Source: Syncephalis fuscata S228 (lineage: Eukaryota > Fungi > Zoopagomycota). Taken from it: a stretch of DNA of 64,000 bases. This document shows positions 28,388 through 42,818 of the stretch, one piece after another. The position numbers and the translations under genes are program-made. Within the stretch, counting starts at the first letter, position 1; every line of letters begins with the position of its first letter. The DNA lies in contig JAHLTZ010000009.1 of NCBI GenBank assembly GCA_025786725.1, forward strand, positions 558,001-622,000, given 5' to 3'. The notes beneath the pieces were generated by a model. The model worked only from the letters and a program-made list of their open reading frames with translations, was not told where the DNA came from and made no database searches.

Positions 28388-30463
28388 TTGTTTTTTCAAA
28401 TTGCTCTTGAACTCTTGTTTTATTTTCTGCTATATTGCTTATATTTGAATTATACCATGGAGCACGAAACAAAAGAAGACTCGGAGTGGGCGGTAAAATG
28501 CGACGACGCATTATGGATGCTTGAAAACGATATTGAAGAAGAAAACAGCCGCTATGAAGAAGTGAAGCAACTGTTTGGTCAAGGACTACATGGCTCAACG
28601 CTTTCTAAAGTCTACGAAGGGACGAAGACCGGTATAAAAAGCGTATTAAAAGAACTTCACAAAGCATTACAGAATGTCACTGAAGCTGTAATTGCTACTG
28701 CTCTTAACCGACAGGAAGTTAGCCAAGAAGACCGCAAATATGCCTATGAGCGAAAAGGGCAATGGTCACACTATTGGGCTCATGATTTACTTTCATTATA
28801 TATGAAAATACATTGAATTCTTTAAGCAAAGGTATTAAGGATATTCAAAGCACTTTTCGTAAGTATTACAAATATAGCAGTTACTGTTTATTAACTGTGT
28901 GTTGATTTATAAAGAAAATAACATCGCGCACAAATCGGACATTGAAATTGAAATCGCGCTGGAGCTAAGCGAAATCGCCGCCAAGGAGAACTGCTTTAAG
29001 ATTGAAAGACGTCCAGAGTGGTTAATGGCATAGTCAGTATTAAAAACACAGCAGTGACATATTATGATTACTAATATTGAGCATAAATTACTAGATAAAA
29101 GGCAGCGCTGCCTGGATGATTCGGATCATTAATTCGCACCGAGAGACGAAAGGAATTATGAAGGTTTTCACCAACATCAATGCTGGGAAACGGGAAATTG
29201 CGCTATACCGCTACTTGAGCAGTCTTTCCAGTTTCTCAAAGTACATACCGGCATTTCAACAACAATTTACCTTACTGCAAATGCCGGCTATGATAACGGA
29301 TTATGTAAAATCGAAAACATACCACAAATACACACTGCCGAACAAATCCAATACGCTGAAAACTTGATAATGGTAAGTTAATAATGGCAAATGTTTAAGT
29401 ATATTGCTAACGTTATATTAGGCAATCAGTTCTTTACATAATGTCGGTATCATCCACGGAGATATTAAACCAGATAATATCTTGGTCGACAGCAATCTCA
29501 ACGTTATGCTGATCGATTTCGGCTCAGCATGCATAATTAAAGGTACCAAAATACCGGCCGAATATGCCGATATTAAAGGAAGAAGGTCAACGACCGGTAC
29601 TCGTGGATTCATGGCACCCGAGTACTTAAAGAGACTTAGCCGTTTTTCAGACATGTTCTCGATTGGAAAAACAATCGCAGAGGCATTTACAGTAAGATAA
29701 TATTACAATCTGGTTTAAATGCTTTATTAACAATCTAAAATGTTTACAGTATTCCAAGAAATCCATTAAAATGATGGAACTGATTGATATGCTGACCGAG
29801 GTGGACCCAACTGATCGACCCAATGCGGAATACGCTCTTTTACTATTATCAAAGATGCGATCGGAGCAGACTGGCCATAAATCAACACCACCAATGCCAG
29901 TAAATAATAAAAAACAATTGGACGATCAGCAACCAGCATTATCTATTAAATCGGGAGAGGAGAGTGAGATGACCATGCCAAGTATAGTAGGGACATATAC
30001 TCAATGGAATGAATCCAGTATGGCATTAGAACAAAATAATGTTTTATTGCAAAAAAGTAACAAAGAGTTAGAACAACAAATGGTTACTATAAACAATGTT
30101 TATAATAAACAAATGGAAGAGCTGGTGGCGGAAGAAATACCATATAATGATATACAATCTTATATGATTGGTAAAAAAAATGGTAAACGAAAAATCAAAG
30201 ATACAATTGAAACGATATTAAGCAATGAGGAGAACAACAAAAAGAGAAAGATAGATGATATAATTGAGACTGCACTGAAAAAGGATAAGAACAAAAAGAA
30301 AAGATTATTCAGTGTAGTCGTGCCAGAGATAGATGCCAATAAGAAAAGCAGAAAAAGAAAGGCACTTGATGTTGATACCGCCGATGATGCAGTAACAGTT
30401 AATGTAAAGAAACGAACGGTAAAGACAGGTAATAGATATTTCAATAGAGATGGCATAAACTAA
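28388..30463 (+). CDS. Ser/Thr protein kinase with Lys-rich (NLS-like) C-terminal tail; 5' structure uncertain, possibly disrupted
   Basis: GIMKVF...REIALY, GIIHGDIKPDNILVD, LIDFG, TGTRGFMAPE, SDMFSIG, DPTDRP; tail KRKIKDTIET...KKRKIDDIIET...KKKR. Confidence 0.72.
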
Positions 30464-31995
30464 CCATCACAACTATTAATAGAGAAAGAGGTGATAAAGT
30501 GCAGCGTAAAGCGGAATGTAAAGCGCGCTATAAAGTGGAATGTAAAACAAAATAAGCCAGTATCATAAATTCGAAGATCAACAACTGCACAACAACATCG
30601 CCTAGAAAGCATGGAAATCAATGTACAGCAGTATTAAGAGGTGGATACTATATCGTCTTACAGCAATAAGTTTACACAAGTATTAATACGATTAAAGGTA
30701 ATGTAAATAGTCAATGATCAATTCAATGTTAGTGAAGTTTATAATAACTATATGTATTAAGTTCTAGTATATTATATAAGTATATTAATAAAATCAATTT
30801 GTAAATTGTGTAGTAATTAATTAAATACTTTAGCTGTGTATATTGAAATGACTAGATTCGTGATATGAACTGTACTGCATCATAAGAAATAAGTGTCAGG
30901 AACTATATACTTTAAAACAAAATAGTATAATAACATAAACCGAGTGAATAAATATCGTATATAGCAGGAATCAGCGCCAGTTGCTATAGTTGATAGACCA
31001 ACTGATGGACAGACAAACACCAAACAGATAGACAATATGGCTGTCTGTAGAATTAGCATTACACACACACCCAAACTCAACATATTATATATTCCGACGT
31101 ATTGTCTATGAATTGGAAAAGGCAGAATAGAATTCCAGTACGCTGCACGGCAGTCATGGGTTGTTTCAATGTATTATAATCACCTGCGAGTTGCCTTCTA
31201 GCTACTGACCCCGTATACTGAACAAGACTCAATCAGCAGTCCATATGCATTGCACATTACTTATAATTAGTATTTTAATGAGGCAAAGGCATGCATTTTT
31301 TTTAATTCTAGTCTGCTAATAAATATGCTAAAGGCTCGTAGCTTTGTTGCAAAACAGCCATTTAAATAGAGTGGACACAACGATTATAGTACCCTCAACT
31401 TTCTTTTGCTAAAAGCCAAGGCCATACATGTGATGCATAGAAAAAGGGCTTAGAAAATGTGTACGGTGGTGATACACTAACATGGCACGATTCCAATTTG
31501 CAGCAATAAGCTGGTTAGCCATTGCCTTTTATGTACTTGCCATGCAAACGCATGCTTCATGAACAAACAACATGCAATATCCTTCATATAATTGCATTGT
31601 AACCTCTTTCTCTTCAGCTCCTCATCACCGCCTTGTTAATTAGTAATTTTATTTGCTTTAACGGTTTTATACAACGGTTAAACAGCTATTACTCTGCCAG
31701 TCAAAGCAACATTGATTCCTTTTTATCTGAACCATTAATTTAGCGTACTTGGCTGTACTTGCGCCAGTATAAATCTTTGTTATCAAAACTGTCCATTGCA
31801 CTGAGGATACACTAGTTCCAAGCTACGCTTAAACATTTATATCAAACGTCTTTATTATTTGTCTATGCCAGAAATATCAGCTGGTCTGTTACTTTTATAG
31901 GACGTGGACTTTGTACATCCCATTTAATTACTTAAAACAGATTAGCAATTAATAGTAATTTTTAATTAAAGGACCCATTTTGCCTAATATACAAC

Positions 31996-34744
31996 ATGGC
32001 ACACAATAATGGCTCAGGTAATCGTCACCATCCACCGGATACACCGAAATGGACGAGTCTCGTCGCACCACGTTCATGACCGGCTCTTCCGAATGGCGAG
32101 AATCCGATCAACAACGACAATATGAGCGTTCGTCCGATGATCACTATTTTGAAGAGACAAGAGATACACGGGCCAAGGTCAATACGTACAACCAAATCGA
32201 CGATATGTTTACACCACTTGATGACTTTTCTACCGATTTGGGACGTGAAATCTACGCTACAGAGTATATTGGTGCCACGCCCGAACTCACTAGTCCGCAG
32301 CCACGCCAGTACCTGGTTGATGGCCAAAACCACCCAAACAGCGGATCGAATACTTATGCAGCGAATATTCGCGCTATCTGGATCATCAAGCAGCCGACGA
32401 GATGGAAATACCACACAACGATTCTCATCTTCAGCAGTATCAGTATGACGACAAAAAGTACATGCCTGATGACTATGACTTTGACAATCCGCAAGGAGTA
32501 CATTTTTACGATCAAAATCTTCAAGATCACGGTGAATTGTACGACACAAAAGATCATCGCTACTACAACGATAATAAAGATGACGATGACGATGGAAGCT
32601 CGGGAGAAGAGGAGGAAGAAGAGGAGGAAAACTCGCCGATTGAGATTGTTGCCGCAACTGTCTCGACCTTCGACGACCCAACGCTGCCTTGCTTAACATT
32701 CCGTTTCTGGGTCCTTGGTACCTTCTTTACCGTGCTTGGTGCATCAATTTCACAAGTGTTTTATTTCGCCTTACTGCACTGCAATACTCTGGCTTCTTTG
32801 TGCAATTGATATCTTATCCAATGGGTATACTTATGGCTAAATCACTTCCCCGTAAACAATATAGTATTTTTGGTTGGAGCTTTTCACTTAATCCCGGTCC
32901 ATTCAACATGAAGGAGCACATGCTTATTTATGTTGCCTCCAATTCTGGCGGCTCAATAGCGCTTGCCGTTGATATTGTAGCAATGCAACATCTTTATTAC
33001 AAAAAGGGCATGAGTGTATTAGGATCGCTCCTTTTGATTATTAGTTCACAGTGTATTGGTTATGGCATGGGCGGCCTGCTACGTCGCTTCCTTGTTAAGC
33101 CTGCAAATATGATTTGGCCATCGAATCTGGTGCAAGTTGCGCTGTACAACACATTACACGCGACCGAAACTTCACATCAGAGTATAAATCGTCAAAAGTT
33201 CTTTATGATTGCTGCTTGCTGTGTATTTGTTTACCAGCTTCTACCTAATTACATTGCACCAATTCTATCGTCAATGGCTCTTCTTTGCTGGATTTTGCCC
33301 GAGTCTGCTGGCGCTCAAGTACTGGGCAGCGGTTTCCGTGGCATGGGATTGATGTCGTGTCCCTTGACTGGTCGGTTGTTGGCTCTTTCGGTCCGCTATA
33401 TACACCATGGTGGGCACAAGTTAACTTTTTCGTCGGTGCTATACTAGCATTATGGGTTGTAGCGCCTATTCTATACTTTAAAAACGTTAAAGATGCTTTA
33501 CGCTTTGATCCATTAAGTCCGTTGCAATACGACGAAGACGGTAATGAGTTTGACATTGGCCGCGTACTTAACAGCAACTTGGAAGTCGACAGTGCCAAGC
33601 TTGCAGCCTACTCTCAATTGCGTATGGCACCATATCTCGTATTCACCTACTTCACTGGATTTATTACGGTGACTGCCACGCTTACTCACGTATTCCTCTA
33701 TTACCGTAAATCGATCTATCACCAGTTTAAGGCATCACGTGAAGAAAAAGAAGACATCCACTCGAGAATGATGCGTGCCTATCCTGAAGTACCGGCTAGT
33801 TGGTATATTGGTATATTTGTTACCATGTTTGTCGCAGCAATTATTGTATGCGAGGTCTATACTATCCGATTGCCATGGTGGGCACTCATTGTAGGATTTA
33901 TCCTTCCTGCCCTACTTGTATTGCCTATGGGTATTATCCAGGCCGTCAGTAACAATCGTATTGGCTTGAATCTTATTAGCGAGTTTGTCTGTGGCTACAT
34001 ATTGCCTGGCCGTCCAATTGCCAATGCTGCTTTCAAGGTATATAGCTACATGACAATGTACCAATGTTTGGTATTCGTTGAAGACATGAAACTTGGACAC
34101 TATATGAAAGTGCCGCCACGTAAGCTGTTTGCCGTACAAGTGTGGGGCACGGTATTAGGATCTTTAGTCAATTACAGCGTTTTCAGATATCTAATTGCAT
34201 CAAAGGAGCAGATATTGAGTGGCGAGTCGCCTGATCCAACGAACCAGTGGGCATCGCGTAACACTCAAGTCTTCTATTCTGCCTCGATCATGTGGGGCGC
34301 CATTGGCCCTGCTCGTCTATTCAATTCGGACCCTTCGTATAATCTAGTACTATGGGGCTTCCTTTTCGGAATACTCTTGCCTATCCCATTCTATCTTCTT
34401 CACAAACGCTATCCAGAAGGTAAATGGCATCTGATCAACATTCCAATTGTTACCATTGGCACCTATGCTACACCAACAGTTCAGCCAACTATCTCGTCTC
34501 GAGCTTTATTGTAGCATTTGTATTCCAGTACTTTTTGTATCGGCGCCATCATGGATGGTGGAAGCGATACAATTACGTGTTTAGTGCTGCTTTGGATGCT
34601 GGTGCGCAAATAGCTGTGCTATTCACCGCCTTTGCTTTATCTTCCCAAAGCTTCCCTACCTGGTATGGAAATGATTCGACCAACATTGAGCACTGTAACT
34701 TTGATTCATACAAGATGCAGAATCAACAGCAAATTACAGCCTAA
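31996..34744 (+). CDS. OPT: OPT-family oligopeptide transporter (split over frames by several 1-nt indels)
   Basis: ENSPIEIVAATVSTFDDPTLPCLTFRFW, NPGPFNMKEHMLI, DIHSRMMRAYPEVP, DMKLGHYMKVPPR, WWKRYNYVFSAALDAG. Confidence 0.9.
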
Positions 34745-34991
34745 TAGGAGAATTACAAATGTAATAAGAAATCATATGAATTGTTACGATTTATTACATA
34801 TAGTTCCACTTTAGTGGTCAGCAATTAATACGTTGTATATGGTTGTTAAAGACTGCGTTTATTATTATAGTATAAAATACAATTACACAATATCCAATTA
34901 GTAACATGTAACATTCTTAAATACTAAATCATTTATACCACTTGTAGTAATAATAACCAATTTTGCTTTTCTCTTTTTTACACTTTTAATA

Positions 34992-37773
34992 ATGGGACGT
35001 AACAAAAGAAAAACTAAAAAACACTTAAATGTTACTGCCACAACGTCATCTAGTGTGGAGAATCACTCTATAGATGAGGCGGCTATTTTGACTGCATCCA
35101 CTATGCCAATTAAACATTCATTGGATGCAGCTATGCCAATGACGTCGGCCACGTTGGAATCTAGTTCTAATAACGAAACAACTATCAGCGTTACTACTAC
35201 TGCTACTACAACTACAACTACGACTACAACTACTGCTACAACTACTGAGCTTTCAACTAAAGGCGTAAAGCGTAGTTTGGAAGAATCTGGTAGGTAGCGC
35301 TATATTGTATAAGTAGTAAACTAATAGCCAGTATGAAACGATGCTACTAGGTGCAACTGATTTTGTTAGTCATGTTAGTAAAAAAAAGCAAAAAAAATTG
35401 CGTAAGCTTCAAAAGGCCAACAACACAAATTCAACCCTTAGCGTTAGTATAGCATTGTATGTATCGACAACTTGCTAACTGAACTATCATTAGACTACAC
35501 CTGAATTCGTTGTAAATCCAAATGCGCTTAAAAAAGGCATATCCGTCGGTGTAAGTATTTGTGTTAAATAACACCAAATTATATTAATAATATGATAGGA
35601 TATACGCAGTTTAATTTTATGGTGTCTAACCGATGGTGTTAATCCCAAGTGGGTCTTTGTAAAAGTAAGATAGCCACTCAATGGCATGGCAACGTTGTTC
35701 TAATGATATGTTGGAGTACAGAATAAACTGAATCTACAACGACTCGTTGTATTAATGATCCCATCTTTGGATACATCAATCTTGCAGCATGGATATGGCC
35801 TTGATAGTCGTCCAATTCCACTCGAGGAAGTGGTACGCGAAGCATCGGCTCGATGTGAGCTTGATCCAACGCTTCCAAAAGGCATGTTTGCCTATTTACC
35901 GCAAGTTAAAGAGCTATTTTCGCATATTTATCCAACACGCGGACCGGCCGATAATGTTAGAATGCACAGTCCATTAGAGGCATTGCTACAGTGCCCGTTA
36001 ACCAAAAATGAATTAGCAGAATGGAAACAACAAGCGAAACAAGGTAGATCGCCAGTTTACCTATTAAAAATTGCTAATAATAGCGGCAGTTGCCAATATT
36101 AGTTTTGTAGGATTACAACCGGAAGAGTTGCTAGCACCTATTGATTTGTTAAGAAAAGCCTCCTATCCAATGCCGTCATCAATTACTGGTGACATACTGG
36201 CAGACGATTGGATTGAAACAAAGCCACGTCCTGAACAAGTCAAAGATGAAATGGAGAATATACCTGATCCAGATATTTATGCAATTGATTGTGAGATGGT
36301 TTGTTACTATAATAACACTATTGTTAATTGTAGTGACTAATTCGATAACTATTAGGTAATGACAGAGATGGGATCACGGCTAGCTCGTGTAACATTATTG
36401 AACGCCAAAGGAGAAACAGTGATTGATGAATTAGTCAAACAAACATTACCTGTAACCGACTATTTGACTGCGTAAGTAGTGCTTAATAATGAGAAGCTGG
36501 AAGAAAGTCAATTACTTATAATTGCTATACAATAGATTTAGTGGTATGACTGAGGAGAAGTTGAAAAATGCATCTTGGACATTGCAACAAGTACAGGAGC
36601 AGCTATGTAATTGGATCTACCAGGATACCATTCTAGTTGGCCATTCTTTGGAAAATGATCTTAAAGCATTAAAAGTAAGTAATAAAATAGTATATCTAAA
36701 TAGCATTATATTAAATAATTTATTTAGATGGTACATACACGTATCATTGATACCAGTCTTGTTTATGCTCATTCAATGGGGTTCCCTTATCGACACAAAC
36801 TACAATGGCTAGCCTCAAACTACTTGTTACGAAATATACAAGTGGCTGGCGTTAGCGTCAGTGGAGAACCAATAGGCCATGACAGTGCCGAGGATGCACT
36901 TGCTTGTCTGGATCTTGTAAAACTGAGACTGTCCAAAGGTAATTAAAACATAACAATAATACATTAGTGTTAATCTAGATATAGAATTTGGGCTTTATCA
37001 TTTTAAAAGATCAGTATCGATATTTCGTCGAATTCAAGAACAAAGTCCGCCGCGACTAAGTGCGGCCATTGACTGTGAGTCACAAAGGAAGATGCACTCG
37101 GATGTAACAACATTTATACCTCCGATTCAGACGATCAAGTAATTGTAGAGATGGAGTTTATACAAAGTATATTCTAATCAAACAATATAGGTTATTGCTA
37201 ACATGATAGAGAAGATACGAGACCATCATTTTGTTTATGGAAAACTAAGTGCATTGGAGAATTATCATGGTATGAAATAATTACAAGAGTCGTAAATAAT
37301 ATAGCTTAATAGACAATTTAGGTGGCAAGAACAATAAAATAACAATAATAATAGTAACGGCATTGTAATAAGGAAAATAGCACCAACCAGCAATTTGATG
37401 ATATTCATTTATCGACACCATCAAGCCCACTAGAACCAAATCCTGAATTACTAGCTCATATGGATACACAAATACGTCGACTTGTTGATAATTTACCAAC
37501 AGGTACAGGGCTTATTCTGCTTTCTGGTCATGGTGATACACGAGAGTTTCACCGGTAAGTAACCATGTGCATTTTCATTATACATTTTATAAATATTTAA
37601 ATCATTTTAGATTGATTGCCAAACGTCGACGGTTTAGAGAACTAAATCGAATAACCGATTCAACTGACACTTCCTCATCTGAAACTATAACTTTTTCGGT
37701 CAAAGATGACATGGCACTAAGTAATGCGATTATTAAAGCACGTATGGGTATTTCATTATTTACAACACGTTAA
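34992..37773 (+). CDS. RNH70: DEDDh RNA exonuclease Rex1/Rnh70/REXO-like; multi-exon
   Basis: AIDCEM|V, ARVTLL, VTDYLT|[41 protein letters not shown]. Confidence 0.88.
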
Positions 37774-38229
37774 ATTTAACAAAATAAAACAAAAATAAAT
37801 ACCAAGCCATATCTTGTGATGAAATAAGGAGTTGATCCATTTGTGTTATTATTATTATTATTGTATAATGGTAATGTTATCATCATTGATAACAATAGTA
37901 GTAGTAGTAGTAGTAAAACAAGGAGAACATGGCTTCTCGACAACCGGTATCCATGAGTCGCTATACAAACACTCGGCTGCCATGGAGCAGTGGACCAACA
38001 TAATGGCTTTGATAGTATCGTAAATAAAGCGTTTTTCTTTTTCGCTTCCTTCAATGGTGTCGTTGCCAGTCTGGCTGGCCGGCAACTACGGCTGTTTCTA
38101 ATAGCAATATACTTATCTTGATCGGCTTCTATTGAGTTTACAGTACTGTTTTTTTCGTCGGTAGTCTAGTTCTATTGAACGAGCCTCTTACTTTCTACAA
38201 CCTCGTCTTCCCTTACTCGTTCTTGGTCG

Positions 38230-40898
38230 GTGCTATTAATGTGGTCGCGTGTGGTGCAATCGACGATCCATGGCCACGAGGTCGATCTTTCCTCGAATGA
38301 TGATAAACACGCATTGGCACGCGCTACGACCTTTCAACCATCTACTCATAGTACCAAATCTCGATCGAATACGACAGTTTATGTATCAGCCGAGGAGATA
38401 AAACTTGTGAACGAAAAAGAAGAAGAAGAAGCAATAGATAAATATGAATCGTTAACTATCACTGACAAAGAAGAGATTATTGAGTTGCCTAAAAATACTC
38501 GTCGAGGAATTACGCGCTATCCGGGTTCACTTCACTTACCAGCGACGGCCAATTCGTCAAATACATTACAGAGAGTGGATGGTGCACGTAGAGTAACGTT
38601 CTCTTCAGGTGTGCCTCCAACGCGTATTGTCCACTCTATTAGTGACTACGAAAAAGAAGATGACTATTTTAATTGTATGGAAAATGCTTTTAGACAGGAT
38701 CAGGAACGAAGACGTCAGAATCAACACCGCCGTCACAGTTCAAGAACACCCCGGCGCAATAGTATAGTAGTTAATACATGGCGCCATGCTATTGTATTAG
38801 TTGGGTAAGTAATTTAAATATATTTCAATTATTTATATTAAACTAATTACGTAATAAATTATAAATAGCTGGTTAATTGCCGTATTTGTAGCCATTATTG
38901 ATACATTAGCGGTTAGTATTGCTGCACCAGCTATGGCTTCGTCCTATCGATCATTCGATAGGATAGTCTGGCTAGGTGCGGCCCATTTACTGGCCAGCAC
39001 CATTGGCCAACCGATAGCCAATCAATTGGGCGCCAGTTCATCGTTGGGTAGACGCGGTGTTGTATTATCAGCTGTACCGTTATTGCTTATAGCCAGTGGT
39101 TTGGCAGCCTTTGCACCTACTTTTACAATATTAATTATTGCTCGTGCAATGGCTGGCCTAAGTTCTGGGGCTATTACTTGTATTGCTAAAGATTCAATGC
39201 AAGGTAGGTGGATAGATAGTAAATTGGTGCTATTTTATTGATGTATTTAATATTAGCTAACTAATTAATTAATTAATGATTAGAACATATGGCGCGCAAA
39301 TATAGCGCAACCATTCAAAAAATACTAACTACAACGAGCGTACTTGCTACTTTAATTGGCCCGCTTTTCGGTGGTGCATTAAATGAATCATTTGGTTGGC
39401 CAGCCCTATTTTATGTTATCATGCCATTTGGTTGTATTGCTCTTACTTTACTGTCGTTATTGCCACGACGTCAGCTTAGTACGAGTGAACTTATCGATCA
39501 ATTAGCGCCTAATGTATCAATAGCACGTCGAGTTGGTCGTTCTATTCGTCGTGATACTGTAGCACTATTTCGCTTTTTCTGTAGTGTTCGACCAGATTTA
39601 TTAGGTGCAACATTGCTTGGTATAGCACTAATGTTATTTCTACAAAGTACATCTTGGGCTGGTCGACTCTATCACTGGGTATCACCTATAATTATTTCAC
39701 TATATGGTGGTGCCTGTGCTATATTAGCCATCTTTATTATTGTCGAATGGCGTTGGACTAAACATCCTATTGTTAATCCTATCAAGCATTGGACGCGCAA
39801 TCTTTGGATAGGCTCAGTGCTAAGTTTTAATTCGGGTGCTATTTATACAGCTTTACTTTACTATTTACCTGTTTGGTTTCAGGTAAGTAATAGTGCTATT
39901 AAATTTTTTATTGTATTAATAGAACGACAATGACGGTGTAAGCTTGTGCATGCCACGTCAAGTCTCGACACCGGACTGTGGATGTTACCATTATTAGTGG
40001 TGGCACAATTGACAGGATTTATAACGGGTTGGCTACTTCAACGTTGGGAAACACGCTTTACCACCGATGCCGAGGCTTGTTCCCGTTCTTGCTTCTACAA
40101 AAGTGGCATTGATCCAGCTGTGCTTTTATTGGTGGCTGGTCAGCTACTTACTGTGCTGGGTACTGGTCTACTGGGTCTTCCGTCCAATATGCCACGCACT
40201 CTAACCGGTAGCACTATTACGACAGGCCCACAACTACAAGTTATGGCTTATATTGCGCTTATTGGATGTGGTCTTGGTCTTACCACTCAGTCGACATTTA
40301 TGACGGCAAAACGCTCATTTGCATCTTATAGTAAGTTATTATTACTATTGTTATTAATATTAATTCTTTTAAATAAATTATTATTAACTATTATCTTACG
40401 CAATCGATATAGATATTAGTGCCGTCACACAGACCATAACACTAGCACGTAATATAGGTGGAATTATTGGTCTTGCTGTGGCAAGCAGCGTTTTTACCAA
40501 TGTTTTTCGCTATGAAATACACTCTGCTTTTAAAACCGACAATGCACTAACTGTAAGTTTAATCATTTTAATAAAAATACTAATAGCTTAGCTATTATAC
40601 AGAATGCTCTGCGTCTTGAAAAGGATCCTCGACTGCTTATTTTTGAATCGGATACAGCAATCCAAGCACATATGCTTCGCTGTTTGGCACAGCAGCTCGA
40701 TGGTCTTTTTTGGCGCTTGTACCGTTTTCAGCCATTAATTTTCTTATTTGCTGGTTAGTTGCTGCTCCAGTAGCTAGAGCCATGCAGCCATCAACCGAAA
40801 ATCGTCTACAACTAGCACCAAAAGAACCAGCATCGACATTACTTGACAATCTTTCTGAACAAAACTCGACTGTTATTATTAAAACAGCAGCTCTTTAA
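38230..40898 (+). CDS. MFS transporter (DHA2/14-TM drug:H+ antiporter-like) with hydrophilic N-terminus; start uncertain
   Basis: IIDTLAVSIAAP, LGRR, LIIARAMAGLSSG, LIGPLFGGAL, DLLGATLL, YYLPVWFQ, RNIGGIIGLAVA. Confidence 0.85.
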
Positions 40899-42082
40899 AT
40901 AGTATATAGTTGTGCTATTTAATCACAATTTTTAATTATTTTATCAATTAATTAGTACTTTGCCCATTAAATTCCATTTATAGTATATGAACTATTTTAT
41001 TTTGCGCCCCTATTCTTAAACTGAAGAATAAAGAGATCCATAACTCAAATAAACCGTCGATCAGTTTTTAATACTGAGAAGTGGCTTGTTGAAGAGACGC
41101 TATGTCAACTTTGTCTGAATTAGGTGGAGATAAACCAGTCCGCACTATTTTCAATATTTGATATTAATGTTAATAAATGTTATAGTATTCCATGTTACTT
41201 ACAATAAAATATAATAGATAGATAAATGTTAATCCATTTGATTGTTGTTGTAAAGTATTCAAGGCATTATAGTTTGATATTTAATATAACTCACCACCCA
41301 GTTCCATGTTTAGTAGAACAACAAATGCGTAGTTCAGTCAAGGATGTCAATTTTGGTCTTTTTGACACTGAATCATATGAATTTACTAATAAATTATTAA
41401 CATTAAGAGGCTATTGTACTTTGACTGTTACATTTTTATTTACTCATTTCGTCATCTTTTTCTTAATACTTTTAAACAGAATTAAACATTCACTCATCAC
41501 TATAGCATGTATAATATTACATTCAATATTAATTAATTTATTGTAATTATCAATAAAATCATGTAATTAATTAATTATTTTATTATTTCATTAATATATT
41601 TATATTGCCATTATAATATTAATTGTTCAAATGCCATTTATTTAGTCAGATTGACTATAGGAAAAGTGGCTGTTTAATAAACAACACTTATACTAATTAT
41701 ATTAATATTGATATTACAGCACAAATATGCCCAAAATGCAATAGTAGAATAATAGAAAATAAAAAAAATCATTTAGATGCAACAACAAATACAAATAACA
41801 TGGAATCAATTATATGATTTCTATTAATATTCAATCAATTTTTCTACACATGGCCAACAGCAACAATGATGACCTTAAACGTTTCAAAGAAATCAAATGG
41901 TATGTTAAATTATTTAATTAAATCAATTTATTAATAGTATTTTAATACAAGACATATAATTATGTTGTCATAACAACAGCATAATTTAGTTGGAACAAAT
42001 TTTGCTTTGGGGACTCAAAATAGGATAATCAAAAACGCAATTCGCTCAAGCACTGTATTGTTGCATTTCTAATTTAAAACCG

Positions 42083-42640
42083 CAACTTGACCAAGCAACA
42101 CATTATCCTGGCGTTATCCTATAATGTTAATTTATAATGCTTGCTAACATTTATCTTAGTGCACATAATACAGTATGTTGATTAGTTGTATTGATTTGAT
42201 AATAAACTATTCTTTATTGGCCATTAATCACCACAGTTTAGCTATAGTAGACTGAATAACTTATATGATATCAAGTAAAAATAAGATAGACTAGAAACTA
42301 GTATACTTTATTGACATGAATAAAGATGTCATTAAATAGTAAAGATGGCTAATAACAGAACTTGAATGCTTGTAGTATTTCATAATTAAGGCGGCGTATC
42401 AGTTTATACAATTACCCATATGTTACAACTAATAAATGCTTGCTCTCATATCTTCTTAATAGGTGTTTATTGTTGGTAGTTATTGCTAATACTTATATAT
42501 ATATAACATTATTGTATTCGTTTTAATGTAGCGTGTAGTTCTAGCATATGATGTATTTATTTAACATGCTATCATAACAGCATAATCATGATATTGAGAT
42601 GGTAAAAACAATGCAATTTTAAAATGTAATATTTTTATTT
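42083..42640 (+). repeat. Diverged direct repeat, copy 1 (~550 bp)
   Basis: Collinear with 44078-44645: ccaagcaacacat, tgctaacatttat, aataaact, tttattggccat, cacagttta, aagtaaaaa, tatgtt(t)acaac, tatctt.ttaatag. Confidence 0.75.
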
Positions 42641-42818
42641 TTAATAGCTATGATTGTAGCAAAAATATCTTGTTACGGTTTATAATACCTTGAAATACTG
42701 ATAAGGCACTAATTAACAAATTTAAACGTGCAGCTATTGTATCAATGCTACAGCAGAATGAAACAGTATTAAAGCGGTTATTTAAGTATAGTTAGGTGGT
42801 CAAACACAATAGAATGCA

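Noticed and set aside
32025-32699. 224-aa minus-strand ORF
   Set aside because: Antisense shadow of the acidic OPT N-terminus.
31996-34744. OPT as a pseudogene or programmed frameshift gene
   Set aside because: Motifs are intact and the same indel pattern affects several unrelated conserved genes, which points to assembly error.
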